Positions 1 to 14,632 of a stretch of 64,000 nt of DNA are shown piece by piece. A program made the translations under genes and the position numbers. This DNA comes from the human T2T-CHM13v2.0 reference genome, Homo sapiens. The stretch lies in the NCBI RefSeq assembly GCF_009914755.1, contig NC_060930.1; one strand, written 5' to 3'. Positions within the stretch are counted from its first letter, which is position 1. Each line of letters opens with the position of its first letter. The notes below the pieces were generated by a model. It saw only the letters and a list, made by a program, of their open reading frames with translations, was not told the DNA's origin and searched no databases.

Positions 1-204
1 CCCTATAAAGTGAACATGTTTATATATGCTAATTTGAAATGGGTATATGTTTGGCCAGAATTCTGCCTGGCAATTTGACAGTAAGATAAATGCAAGACAC
101 AAGGTTCATGTGTAACAACAGGTGAAGAAAGAGATTAAAAGGGGAAGTTGAAAGTTAGCATAGAGTAATTGGAGGAAGCTAGCTTTGATAAGTCACAAAG
201 GAAT

Positions 205-680
205 TGTATTAGTCAGGGTTCTCAGGAGAAGCAGAGGCAATAGGATATATAGATATATAAGAGAAAATATAGGAATTGGTTCTTACAGATATGAAGGCCA
301 GTGAAGTCCCATGGTATGTCATCTGCAAGCCAGAGATCCAGGAAAGCTTGTGTAATTCAGTCTGAGCCAGAAGGCCTGAGAAACAAGAGTTCTGATGTCT
401 GAGGGCAGGAGAAGGTAGATATCCCAGCTTAAGGAGAGAGAGAGAAAAAAATAAAAAATAAAAGAAAATTCACATTTCCTCCACCTTTTGTTCTATTTGG
501 GCCCTCAACAGATTGAATGATGACCACTCTTATTGGTGAAGGTGATATTCACTCAGTCTACTGATTCAAATGTTAATCTCTTCTGGAAATAGCATCACAG
601 ACACACCAGGAAGTAATGTTTACCAGCTATCTAGCCTCGCCTTAGCTGAGTCAAGTTGAAACATACTATCAACCATTACA
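205..680. mobile_element. MLT2-family (ERVL) solo LTR
   Basis: Begins TGTATTAGTCAGGGTTCTC and ends ...AACCATTACA (TG...CA), with typical MLT2 internal motifs. Flanked by a near-perfect 5-bp TSD GGAAT/GGAGT. Confidence 0.85.
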
Positions 681-1004
681 GGAGTGATGTGTGCAAACAT
701 GCTCCCTTGCCTCTCCCACTTATGCCTTCACCCTTTGACTGGCACTATCTTAGCTTCTGTATCATCTTTTGCATTTTTCCTGTTAATGAGCTTATCCATG
801 ATACTGCTACTTCCAGGATATTCTCCCACTCTCTCTTCCCATTGACTCTCCTTTACTCTCCTTCATCTGTGTTCTGCCAGATTTAATCCCTAAAACATTC
901 CTTGAATCCCTATACACATCTCCAAGTCTTCTCTCAGTGCCTTAATTCAGCTACATCTTTCTCTTCTTGTCTAGGCAAAGTTAGTTGAGCCCTAGTCTCT
1001 CTAT

Positions 1005-1457
<453 letters not shown>

Positions 1458-4400
1458 TAAGACCCTCCATAATCTGGTTATTGCAATCATTCTAGCCTCA
1501 TCTCTGCCTACTCCCCGCCTTCAAATGTCCCTGCTTGCAAAACACTTCTCTGCAGGGCATAGATAGATAAATAATTGAAGTGGGCTGGGTGGAAGAAACA
1601 GGGAGTTGTGGGAACTGTGGCACTCTGAAATATACAAGGCCCACCTAAAGAATTCAACTTTATTTGTATTAGGGCAATAAGACATGTCTTCAGGACAAGT
1701 GGGCCCTGGATTATCTGTTTATGACCTGTGCTAGCAGCATGAAATATTTGCCCGTTCTGGCATCATGGTATTCTTTTTCCTTCCACAAGTCATTTGCTCA
1801 TGCTGTTCTCCTCTGACGGTAGTGCTCATCCACAGTATTTTCCCTCTCACTTACCTCATCCTTCTCAAGTTAGCCTCTTCTCTTACTTAAGATTCAAACC
1901 AAATAGTAGTCATCTTCTTCAAAAATCCATTCATGATCCCTATTTATTTCCTACATGTTTCTGTAAATTTTCTATAGCACCTTCTGTGTTTATTTTAATT
2001 AAATACTCACCTCTCCCACTATATTATATGGGAAAAGATATATTGTATTAATTTCTGTACCCTCAGGGTATAGTGGAGAGCCAGGTACATAGTTAGCACT
2101 CAACAAAGCCATGAAAACAATGGTGAGTCAAATAGAATTGTGGTTCAACACCTTAGCTTTGCCTTAGAGTCTGTGGCTATGGAAATCTATAGATGTCTTG
2201 AGGAATCATTTGACACCAGCAAGGGAAGAAAATGGCAAATTCCATCTTATTAATATTTCTACCAGTGGAACCTAGAGTAACATCTGTCACACCGTGGAAG
2301 GAAAAGGAGAAGGACGAAAGACAGGAAGAAAAGAAAGAAGGAAGGGAAATATTTATGTTCTTAATGCAGAAGTGCTATGGGAGAGGGAGTGGAGAGGTAG
2401 GAATTCAACTTGAGCTGAAGTGAAGAACTGAAACAGGGCCCATTTTACAAGAATTAGAAATTTTGAGATAGCCACGCAAGAACAAGTCTATACTGAGAGC
2501 AGGTTGAACTCAGAAAGTGCTGAACTGCTGTGAGTTATACTTCATAACATCCAGGACCTAGATAGAAATTCTTTCAATTCTTTAAAACAATCTCCACTGG
2601 AATAAAATGTGTGCTCAGATATATTTTATTCATGTAGCAACTTTTGATTTTTCCCTATTCTTACTTCAAAAGATGATGTATGAGAAAGGAGAGGGGATGC
2701 TCTCAAAGGACATAGTCTCTAGGAAGGGGTTCACAGCATTTGGCAACAGGAATAACAGTAAAGAGACATCATCTAAACATGGCATTTTACCACAGTGGCA
2801 CTGTTCATTTGCCTGGTCATCCCCTACCATCAACCAGGATCACACTTAAGATGTTTCTGACAGATATATCCTACAACCACCCTTGGTAAATCCAAAATTT
2901 TTAGCAACATGCCACCATTTAAGAATCTAACTTTAAGTTTTGAAGGCTGTATGTCTGTTCAATTCAGTGTACATAGTAGTAAGAGCAGGAGGTGGCTTAA
3001 TCATGTCATATGATATTTCTGGTTTGAGTGGAGTGATTTTACAGGTCTCCCTGCAAAACACACAAAATAATGCTTGTTCCCTGTTATGGCAAACACAATG
3101 AGAATGGACAAGACAGAAAGCACCTAAAAGTCTTTCCTTGGAAGAAAGATAAATGCAAAGGAGAAACTTCTTCCAATTTTCTTGTAACCTTTTTTTTCAC
3201 AGGGCTGTCAGATGACTGTACTGTTTGCCTCACACCAAGGGTGTGTCTATGATGTATTTTCACAAGTGCTTCAATACTGAGATAAAAAGTGTAGTGTGAG
3301 TGTTAAAGGTGGACTAAAATATAAAACTCCATTACTTGCCAGTTTTCACTGAAGATAAAATAGTTTTGCTTTGTAATAACGAAGGAAATCCATATCTCCA
3401 AGTCGGCTACTTTACAAATCAGGAAATGGTTCTCAAGGAGGCCCCAGATCAGAGCTAATGTGGCCCGATGGTGGGTGAGCGGTGTCATTCTGGTACAGAA
3501 GACAACATATTGTACAATTCTGGCATTTTAAATAAACTTTTGCAGCTTGGCTACCCTTACCAATCTGGTTTAGGAATATAGTCTTAACTGAACTCTCCTC
3601 AGTAAGAATGACCATTTTATTTTCCAGCCTCAACTTCACTTCAGGCCTTAGATTTGAATAGTAAATAGATAGCAAAACATTACTGTTAATGAGTCAAAAC
3701 TCATGGCAAAATATTTTCATTACTTAAGTGCTCAGAATTGCTGTAGAGTTATAGGATATACATACATAAAATTTGTAATTTGAGGTCCATAAGGGGATAA
3801 AAAATAAAAGGAAAACTCTTGGAATTCAGAAGAATACAAGAACAACGAATCCTTTGACAGTGAATGTTATCTAAAGGGGTTAAAAGAAATCAGACTTCCC
3901 TGTGGGCTGTGCATGGGGTATGCATTATGTGCTGTCATTAAAGTATTCTTTTCTCTGTTAAGCAAGCATCCCCTGCTGGGACATCTCTTTGATTTGGTGG
4001 GAGTCTGGAGTTATACATGAAGTGTGTGCTATCAGCTAGAAATTACTCCCACATAAAAATATAACGTTATTGTTCGAGCTATTTTTCAATTAGTGCATAT
4101 GTTCTATTCACATGATTTAGATTATTAAATACATGAATTATAACTGCAGTAAAACATGATCAGAATTTTTTTTGCTATATTATGACTAATGAAAAACTAT
4201 GAACAACAACAAAAATGAGTATAGTTGAAAGAAATCAAACCTTACCCTTGGCAATAATTCTGAGACGCTGAATATCTCAGATTGGTTAGTTTAAGGCTTT
4301 CATTTGAATCACCTTGAAAATTCTATGCATAGTGTTCAATCACCACACCTTCCTTTTTGCTCCCAGGCCCCTGTGTTTAAATCCATCAATGTCATGGAGC

Positions 4401-5409
4401 AGTGCGGTTTAAAAAAGTATTTGGAAGGGCACCAAGCCTGAATGTTTTGAGAGCGCTAACCAAGATACACACACAGGACTAAATGTATTTTCATGGAGAT
4501 TGAAACAGATTTTTTTTTCAAGAGCATTATTAAAGAAGAATTCTGGCTACTTTCAGAGAACAGTGGAGCCAGTCAATATGTAGAGCTGCTTTGCTTAATT
4601 AAATTCATATCTCTTTTTAAGGCTTCTAAAACATATAGTAATCACTGAAAAGTCCTTGCAGTCTGTTTTGTGGTGTGGTATATTTATTTCCTTCTTTGTA
4701 AGACAAGCTATAACTGTTTCTTTCATAGCATATGTATCTTTAAAGGGAAGTAAGGCTGTGAAATTTGAAAATGAAATTAGGTAATCTGTTGGAGGTTATG
4801 CTGAAATCAGACCCAAAACTTAGTTACATTTGTGCCACTCTTTCTGTTCTAGTCTAATTCATACTTTTGCTCAGCATTTGTATCTTAAATATCTCTGGGA
4901 AAAATATAATTTTTGTAACAGATAACTCCTTTGTTTTACATTTCTCAGAGTACTTTAAGACTATTGAATGTTTTTCAACAGCTAGAATTTAATCTAAAAC
5001 TAATTTTAGGCAAATTTATTTTTCTTTGTTTTCCACAAGTCAAATGAATAATAGCTGGATATATGGACCTTTTTATTTCTTCAGAATTCGCTTTGCAAAG
5101 AGACAGACTAATTAAAGAAGGAATCCTCCAGAGGTATATTATTCCAATATCTCTCTCAGCACCCCGTATATTGATCTATTTAACATCTTCTTCATGTATA
5201 ACCAAGAACAACAATTTTGAGTCTCTAATAGTGTAACATCAATCAATGCTGCAATTAGAACTTTGTCAGATGAATTCATAGACAGATGCAGACCTAGATA
5301 TGGTTTATGATAAACTATTTTAAAATTGATCAACTCAGATTGATTATCTCCCCCAGTCTATGATTAAACATACTCTTTTCTCCTTCTTGCGTAATTGTCA
5401 GTGACAAAA

Positions 5410-5441
5410 TGTGTGTGTGTGTGTGTGTGTAATGTGTGTGT
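5410..5441. repeat. (TG)n microsatellite
   Basis: Direct reading of the TG run. Confidence 0.9.
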
Positions 5442-6820
5442 TTTGTGTTAGATGTGTGCAGGTATTGGGAAGCCAATATATTATTCTTTCTTTCTTTTTC
5501 ATTTAAATGTTCTTTTATTTCTTTCGAGAAATTAAATACAGAGAAGTACAAAAAGTTATTTAAGGAACATGCTACTACTGTCCCAAATTACCAACTGAGT
5601 ATTGCTTTTTTGGTTCAGATGAAGTTTCAATTTTCTAAAATATGGATTCTATAAGCACTAATTAATAATATGTGAATTCTAACCTTTTTCATCCCGTATT
5701 TCCTTACTCATGAATATTGAGATTTACTGAGAGATCTAGAAGAGTCTATAATATGAATCCTAATAGGTTTCTGCAAGGAAAATTCAATAAAATTGGTTAT
5801 GTTGGTAGATTTGGGAGCACTTCCTTGGAAGATAACACAGTGGTCTCTTAATTTGGAAAGTTTAGCACACTGGCATAGAAGAAAATGTAAATCAGTTTGC
5901 ATGCTGCCACATGTCTTCATGATTTTATTTCTTTCACATACTTTGCTATATTTTTGGAAGAATTTTCCTATGTTGCTTCACTTTACTTTTTCTGGTGAAT
6001 CTATGTCTTATTTAAAATATTATAAAAGTGCTCAAATAAAGATGCTACCTTTTAATCCTTATTAAGATAATTCTGGTAGTTAGGTGGTGGGAAACTGGTC
6101 TGAATTAAAAAAAAATAAGTCTGGTCCAAGTCAAATTTCATTGTTCTCTATTTGGAAGAAGAGAGAAGTAATTTTGCCAACTTTAAAATACAGTACACTC
6201 AAAAATTGTCAGCTCTAGATTTGGAGCACATCTCAGAATTACTTTGGCTCAACTCAGCTATGTGACTTTTGGTTTGCTTTTACTTTCAATTCTCATGGTA
6301 GTTTTGAAAGAAAGAATGAATTTCACAAAAGGAATCTTGTTTGCACATTGTAAGCTACCTTTTTATAACAAAAAGTAGTTGCAAAATTTATGTTTTCCCA
6401 GAAAAGAAGAGACCTAAGTTAAAATTGAAAAAAAAATTTTAAAAGTTATAAAAATATATTTTCTATTTAATGTAATTGTTTTCATGAAGTCTCTATTTCC
6501 TTTTTTCAATATAAGTGGTTTATATGGAATTATAAAGATGGTTCAAATATGCTATTTAATTGCCATTATTTTAAGCATTCAAATTCTCAGTGTCGTCCCT
6601 GATATTTACAATGGCTATGCAGCTGCTGCTGTTATTATTGCTGAAGCTGACATTATTTTTCATTTGTGTGAGGGAAGGAGATTGGAGAATCTCCTTTCCA
6701 GTTTGAACACAAATGAATGAACGTGTCCTTTGGTTCCTTCTCTGTAATTTTTGTAGTGGGTCACAGGACTTTTTTACCTGATTAGATCTCCCTCATCTTC
6801 CCCACCCTCCCCCAAGGCAG

Positions 6821-7737
6821 GTGGTTTCCTATGTTTCAACAAAACTGAAGGAAAATCTAATCTTGTTGTCAGCTGGTAGATCATTAAAAATAGTTTTTGA
6901 TGATAGATCACCATGTGATTTTTGGCATGAAACGCTGACAGAGTTCAAAGAATTTTGTGACATTTCTATAAAAATAACCTTTCCCTTCCCATGTCCTTAT
7001 TTTAGGAACAACTTTTCCTACTGCTACACTTATAAAAGTGAAAATAAGATAGAATTATGATGTGCCTTATTTTATCCCAGCAAAAATGATGTTTATGTAT
7101 GTAATAATATACCAATTGAAAAAACCTATCTCATCTATCACACTGAGAGAGTAATTTCAAAAAAAGATTTATGTTTAATGCTTTTTGTTAAAATTTGTGA
7201 TATAAATATGATTTTTGCCAAATTTCATACTACTATTAATATTAATAACTCAATGTATAACATTTATTTTAATATTAGAGACTTTAAGGACAAGGGAAAT
7301 AGATTTTATTACTTTCTATTTATGTACTTTTTGTCAAAGAAGGGTTATAGTAGCAGAAGACTTCCAAACATACAAATAGATGAGGTAAAATTATGCAGTG
7401 AAAGTGGGATCAAAATAAGTTCTATGAAAAATACTAACAATGTGAAACTTAAATACGAGCCTGTCTACCTTTATGTAACTAGATGATAGCTGGCATTTGT
7501 CAAAGTATATATAGGTTCTAGTAGAGAACATCATATACTAGGTTCTATTGTATATGTTTAAAAGAGTGACTCAACAACTTTATTTTAAAAACCAACATAT
7601 TCTATTTTCCAGAAATCATATTCTTTGCAAATATTTAAATTTATCATGACTACTTTAGATCTTAAAAATATGTGAAGGGTTATCTAGCTTTCAACATTAT
7701 TTGGGGTTTATGAACAAAAGAATGCTTGAATACTACT
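6821..7737 (+). mobile_element. hAT-Charlie DNA transposon relic (transposase C-terminal/dimerisation region plus 3' end)
   Basis: The 6821-7060 translation (LKENLILLSAGRSLKIVFDDRSPCDFWHETLTEFKEFCDISIKITFPFPCPYF) resembles the hAT dimerisation-domain pattern (L..L..D..LK..F....L..FW.....E...L...A...L.PF...Y). A Charlie-like terminus lies near 7700-7737. Confidence 0.7.
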
Positions 7738-7769
7738 ATTCTGTACTAAATCCCAATCAAGTTGCCTGC

Positions 7770-8250
7770 AGTTTTGCTATTTGCTTCACTCTTGTCCATC
7801 CTTTTTATTCCATCACCATAGATCATGACTCAGGCCTGAATCATTGTGGATTAGTCACCCTTCTTTGGACACTGAAATTGGCAATTTCTCATCTTGTCTC
7901 TTCAGTTCATACCTATCCCTCAGCTATAAGGTGCTGTCCTCTGTTAAAAGTCTAGCCCTCCTTTAAGCCCAAGCTAAAAGTTTGCCTCTTCTTTGATACT
8001 GCTCATAGTTATCCCAGCTGGAAGAAAAATTTTTTCTCCTCTGCACCTTTTAAATAACTAGTTTGTATCAGTTGTATAACTCTTATCTTACACTGCCCTT
8101 TAGATAGAGTCTAAATATTTTTCTCTTCCACATGAGTATAAACTCTTATGTGAAAAGACCATGTCCTTTTGTGAGCTTATTATGCTTCACGGTGCAAAGT
8201 ATAGAACCTCATGCCTAGTAGGCTCATTTGTTGAATCGATGCCTGAATGA
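7770..8250 (+). mobile_element. L2 LINE 3' fragment (degraded)
   Basis: Ends in an L2-like terminus (GCCTAGTAGGCTCATTTGTTGAAT...GAATGAAT). Confidence 0.5.
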
Positions 8251-9994
8251 ATTAGATATATTAAAAGGAAAACATTTTCTATTATTTCGAAGATGCTTTG
8301 ATGTGGCTTTCTTGTAACTTCTACCTTAGAAGTCATGGGTGGGGGGATATTGAAATCAGCCTAATGAGGGAGATGGGATTAATACTGAGGAAGCCACACT
8401 GGGAAATTTTTTCTAGATGGTTAAATATATTGGGAAGAAATGAAAGCAGGCAAAGTATGAATGGAAACAAATAGAAACATTTTAAATTTGATATGCTACA
8501 ATATTCTGTATGAGTGATTTTGAATGTGATGAGAGAAAAAATGAAGCACTGACCCCATAAGTAAACATATTGGAGGAAACAGTATAAAAGGGGTAGGAAG
8601 GAAGCAAGGGACTTTGTCAACAGAATTTTTGTTTTTTGTTTTTGATTCAGCTTGTAGAAATTCAGTTTAGGAACTGTATGGCCAGAACAGCTGTACCTTT
8701 AATTATTTTATTAGTGGTTTTTTTTTTTCACTACATGAGTTCCAAAGTAATCAAATTACTTAGACAAATATAAAGGGTTTTTTCCATCCTATTTTATCAT
8801 AAGATTTTTGTTTTGTTTAGTTTTTATTGGAGGATAAAATATTTCCTAACTTTCTTAAATTTTAAAATAATGTTTCAGAGGACAGCTATCTATAATCTAG
8901 AACCTATGAGTTATTTCATTCCTCAAATAGTGCTTTTAATGGTCTCATAACACTTGAGCCCATGTGATTCCCAGAGCCAGAAGTCCAGTGTTGCTTAATA
9001 AGGTCTTCTGGGAATCTATTGATGTTAGGTTTTATGTTTTAACACACAGAGCCTAGCATTCAAAGAGTATATTTTGAGAGCTACCTTGTAATACATTCTT
9101 ACATTTTTTTGTTTTGGAAGAGGGTAGTGATTATCTTAGGGTCAGTTTTGCTTTCTTACTGATAATGTATTCTTGAAATGCAGTATAGTTGGCAGCTGAT
9201 AGCAAAAATCCAAGAATTTCAACAGAAAATTTAATTATAAAATGGCTAAATTGAACAAAATCTGGTGAGGAGTTTCCAGCAATTATATAACACTTATAAG
9301 GAAGCAATAATGATTAACTACCAATTTCTGAGAGGAAAAATTACTTTGGAAAAATATATTTAAGTTAAACTCTGCCTTTCCTGGAATATGTAGAATTTAT
9401 ACTGAGATTTCAAGGTTTTAAAGATCTGTATTTTAATAGAGAAGCACATGTTCCCCTCTTCGCCATACCCCTGCAGAAATGGAGGACCAAGAAGAGAGAG
9501 AAATGTATTTATTAATTATTATTTATAATATATTTATTATATATATTTAGTTACTTAATATTTACAATGAAAATATGCAAATCTATACTAATCTATCATC
9601 TCTCTCCATATAATACATGTACACATGCACAATTCTGTCTCTATGAACAATTTTTAGTTTAGATGATGGAATGATATAAATCAGTGTCCCATGCATTTGG
9701 CTATAACTAGAACTTCACACAAGCATTTGGATATGACTACAAAGTTATGGACACTCATCAAGATAGTCTTGTTCTAATAACATACATCAGTTTGGCATGA
9801 TTATCAGAAACATTCTTTATAGGAGGATTGCATCAGGAAAAATAAAATGTATAGGCAACATTTTTATTAATTTAACATAACAATAGCTTAACTGAACCCT
9901 AGCAGGGGGGTTGGAGATTATACTCATAACTAATAATACTTGCTTTAATAGAGGAATGTAAATAACAACTGATATTCTTAAAGACCATTGATGA

Positions 9995-11060
9995 ATTTAA
10001 AGATGATTAATTGAGCACCTACATATACAGTATTGTATGTTGGATGCTGTTTTAGTCACTGAACAAAACTGACACTATCTCTGTTCTTTGTAGCTTATAC
10101 TCTGGATGCCAGATATTAAACAAATATAAAGATAGATGTGCAGTGGTAATAAATACTATGAAGAATAAAAAAATCAGGACAAGGAGGTAGTAAGTTATGG
10201 TGCCAAATGAATGGTTTTTTCCTATGGGTTTCATCAGGGAAGGTGTCCTCCTATCTGTGGACAGAAAGAGAATGAAAGCCTTGGAAATATCTGGGGGCCA
10301 AGATTTCAGAAAGCAATAGTGAAGGCATACCTGAGCCTGTATTCTGGAAAAAAATCCAAGAGGCCAGTGAGTTTGCAGTCAAGTAATAAAGGAGAGAACT
10401 AAAGGAGTTAAGGCCAGAGTGGGAGCCAGGAGGAAGATCACAGGTGCCTTAAAGTACGTGAGTAGGACTTTGGAGTTTATTTAGAATGCACTGGAATCAT
10501 TGAAGAATTGTGAACAGACAAGTGACTTGATTAAACTCCTCGCTGTGTAAAAAATAGACTATGAAGCAAAATGAAAGCAAGATACTTGTGTAGGAGTCAT
10601 TATAATTATTCATGTGAGAGATGACAGGGACATTGGCCAGGATGACTGCAGTAGAGGCAGTAAAAAGTGATAGTATTCTGGATAGATTTTGAAGGTTCAG
10701 CCAGTGTAATTTTGAGGACGTGAGAGAATGCAAAGATTATATTACTTATGTGCTACTTCTGAGGAAAATATGCTTCTTCTGAGGCATACTTGGGATAAAC
10801 TCTAAAAAGCAATAAATAAAATCACTAAGGCTGCTCTGAGGAGAGTGACTTAAGAGAGACAGGTGAAATAGGATGACTCATTAGGAAGTCACTGAGATTA
10901 ACCTGGTGAGAAATAAAGGTTACTAAGATCAGGATTTTAGTGATAAGCATGGTAAATAGTATCCGGATGCAATTATATTTTGAAATGGGTGTTAACAGGA
11001 ATTCCGATGGAATGGCTGTGAAAGATAGAATCAAATTCATGCCAAAAATTTTGTTTAAAG
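9995..11060 (-). mobile_element. L2 LINE fragments (degraded)
   Basis: ATTGAGCACCTAC... is the reverse complement of the L2 3' end, followed by purine-rich L2-like body sequence. Confidence 0.6.
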
Positions 11061-11869
11061 AATGATGTGGAAATCTTAACAGATTGATAATATTTTCCCT
11101 AAATTAGGTATCTCTCCATTTCTGAAAGCTGGAATGCCTACCGATTATTCATTACTGCATCTTAACACAGCTGTACATTCAATAACTTTCCATACATAAT
11201 ATAACTTTTGACTCTTGAAACAACTGGGTAAAGCAGGAAGGAGAGATATTTTATTTCAATTTTGGAGATGAAGTTGATAGATTTGGGAGAGAATACACGT
11301 CTTGCCCAAGAGTACAGTTCTAATAATGGGCAGAGTGTGGGTAAGAATCCAGACTGGTTGACCGTAGTCATAAAAGACATATATTGTCTAAAAAACTAAC
11401 ACGATGTTTTTGAATCTGTGCTATTTGTAGGATATTAGATATCTCACTGGATCTATTTTGTTCCCTGATGAATCCCAAGAGCCTAGAATAGTGCCTGGTA
11501 CAGAGTAGTTTGGCACTGAATCAGTATTTCTTGAATGAAAAGAAAAAGCTGCAATATTGCCTTATATTGTTGCTATGCTTAGATGAAATGAAATTTGATA
11601 ATTAAACTCAGTCAGGAGTGGTTCTGTCTTTAAAGGAGATATTAAAGGAGATTAATATCATAATCTCCTTTATGAGGAAATTAAAATTGTTTTTATCACA
11701 GATTAGAAAGGCCCCAATACATAGACCTCTGCTCTAACCTTCTAGTTCTTGTTTTGTTTTAATAAGTTATTTTCTAATAATTATATTAGTGCCATGAATT
11801 ATATGTGAAAAAGGAAGTCATTTGATTACCAAAACTTTATACACCTCATTCTATAAGGTAGGTTATATT

Positions 11870-13045
11870 GGAAGATAGCTGCCCAGCCAGTAATTCACAT
11901 TTACTGTTGTATCCAGGTATGGCCATGTGACTTGTTCTTACCATTGGAATATGAAAGGAAACAGTGTGTGCCATACCTGGGCCTGGGTTTTAAGGAGCTG
12001 GTAGGGCATCTTCATATTGTCTTGTCCTGCCTGCTAACAGAACCACTTGATTGATAAGATCAGTGCAAAGATTTCTCATCTATAAGGAATTGGGATAAGA
12101 GTGGGAAATGAATATCTACTGTCAGTAAAATTATTTTTTGTTATAGCTACTAGTATTACCAAACCAAATTGGCATTGGAAGTGGGATTGCAGCTTTCAAA
12201 AAGCATAAATATGTAACATTGATCTTAAGACTGGATGATGATAAAACAGATACTGGAGGTTGGGAAAATGAAGATCCATGTTTTACAGTGGCAGACCATT
12301 GATAAAACTGTTGCCTATGATAACTTTGAAGTTAGGCCATATGCTTCCAAGGCTGTGGCTCTAGAAGCAGGAGCTGGAAAACAGCATTATATTTTATGTT
12401 TATTGTTACTTGCTACATTTTATATTACAAGAAAGAGATGAATTTTGGCAAGAATTGACTGCTTTGAGAGCATAAATAAAAGGAAGTAGATTAAATCTGA
12501 GGCCTCACAAGGTTGAAAAATCTCAAGGTCTGGACCACAACTGGATGAGATTGAAAAACAATCTCATTAAGACTTCAGTTAAACAGTTGGGCTCAACTCT
12601 GCAATGAAGATAAAAAAAACTTTGGGTGTCATTATTGACACATGGAATTCACTAGCAGCAAACAGTTCAGAGGCCTCATAACTTTGAAAGAATTGATTGG
12701 CAAGGAAATTTTGAGCCCAAGTCTAAGAAGAGAGCTTCTATCATTGTGTGGGTAAATAAAGGTCTTCACCATGTCTGCCTGACACAATTTCATTATTGCT
12801 GTGGACCAGGGACTGACATATGTTTCGTATTCTTTCCCTCTGCCAGTGGGAGTGTTTATGGTGATTATTCTGTTTCTGCTGCCACATTGTATGTTGGGTG
12901 TCAGAAGAGTTGGGGGAAGACAACTTGACTTTTAGTTCATGGGTCACTGGACTATAAGGTGCTACATATGGCTGAAGGAAATAACTGTGTATAATCCAGG
13001 GCTCCTGGATTTTGAGATGGATGCCAGATATTCTAAGGAATGTCA
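11870..13045 (+). mobile_element. MaLR (MLT1-type) LTR plus internal sequence, degraded
   Basis: MLT1 motif GGCCATGTGACTTGTTCT...GGAATATGA, followed by MLT-int-like sequence (GGAAGTGGGATTGC..., GGAGGTTGGGAAAATGAAGATCCATGTT). Confidence 0.55.
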
Positions 13046-13049
13046 CATA

Positions 13050-13425
13050 TAGTCACAAATGAGATAATTTTCTTTTTTAAGGCTGTATAGCCTTCCATTG
13101 TATATACACCGCATTTTCTTTATCCATTCTTCCATTGGTAGACAATTATGTTGCCTTTAGATCTTGGCTATTTTGAACAATGCTGAAATTAACATAGGAG
13201 TGCGGATATTTCTTCAACATATCAATTTCAGTTCCTTTAGATATATACCCAGAAGTGGGATTGCTGGATCATATGGTAATTCAATTTTTAGTTTTTTGAG
13301 GAATTGCCACACTGTTTTCCAAAATGGCTGTACTAATTTACATTCTCACCAATAGTGTATGTAGAAGAGTTCCCTTTTCTCTACATCCTTACCAACACTT
13401 GTTATTATTCATCTTTTTGATAACA
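13050..13425 (-). mobile_element. Old L1 (L1MA/MB) ORF2-end/3' UTR fragment
   Basis: Contains ATATACCCAGAAGTGGGATTGCTGGATCATATGGTAATTC, the antisense of the L1 ORF2 C-terminus. Confidence 0.8.
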
Positions 13426-14061
13426 GTGTGGAATAAACCTTTGATTTTTAAATAACATAGGAAAGATTTATCATATAATTTTATATAAAAATCATCCTAC
13501 TAAAATTGTTATTTTTCAAAATCTAATTTTTTTCAAACACTGTATTTTCTCAATGACAGGTGCAAAAGATGTACCCAGCTAAAACACAGATTACATGGAA
13601 TAAAGTAATTCTTGATAATGCCTTACATGTTCATTTAAAAACAGTTTCTGAAATGAAATAAACTATCAATTAAAAACAGGCATTCTGCTCTCCTAAAACT
13701 TTTAAATGGTTGCCTCTCCTGAGTTCCATTGAATTTGCCCTGAGGCTTATCTTTAATGAGGCTCTCTAAATTAGATTTAGATGATAACCTTGGCAGTGAA
13801 CCTGAGACTATATGCCTTTCCTTGCTTTCCTGTTTTCACCCTCAAAAATATTTATTAGCACTCATATTGTTTAATACATTTGGCAGCCATGGGTTTGAAA
13901 AAAAATTATTTAATTAGACAGGAATTTGCGAACACAGATCAACAATGTTCAAAATAAGTTACACATTGACATATAAGCACATTACATTGACACATAGGAA
14001 CCTTACATGATTATGATTTACTTTGTTAGAAGAAATAATTATGACTTATATGAAATGATAG

Positions 14062-14632
14062 TGTGAAAGGAAAATAAATCTTGGAACTCCTAACTCATTA
14101 AGCCAAAGGGAAAAGTTAAGCTGGGAGCTGAGTTACATAAACTTGCCTCCCCTTTGGTTCCTAAATAAGATGGCTACTAGATGAAAAGCTACATGTCTCC
14201 CACATATTTTGCCCACAGGGAAATTCCTAGTGAGCTCCAAGACCTTTACCCTAAGATGTTTCTGTTAAAATTTAACCATGGCAATATTATTGATAGCTTA
14301 TCTTTACAGGTGCAGTCACCCCCATGCCCACCAGACACAAATGCATACCTGATTGTTCCTCTGCCCCATTTGTCTATGTCATCTTATGTAAAAAAAAAAA
14401 ATACAGATTCACTGAGCCAGACAAAGGCATGAATGACTATTTTTCTCTACCCACCTCTTACATGAAAATTGTATACTTCTCAATATGCCACCCTTTTCCC
14501 TTTAAATCTGGAGCCCTCAAAATTATCTTCAGAGAAATGCATAGGCCTGTCTCCCAGGCACACGTCCTTAACTTTGGCAAATAAACCTCCTAAAATGATT
14601 AAGACTAGTCTTGTCATTTATCTCTACTGACA
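14062..14632 (+). mobile_element. MER4-family ERV1 solo LTR
   Basis: Starts TGTGAAAGGAAAATAAATCTTGG, has AATAAA near 14579 and ends ...CTGACA. Flanks ATAG/GTAG are a degenerate 4-bp TSD. Confidence 0.85.
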
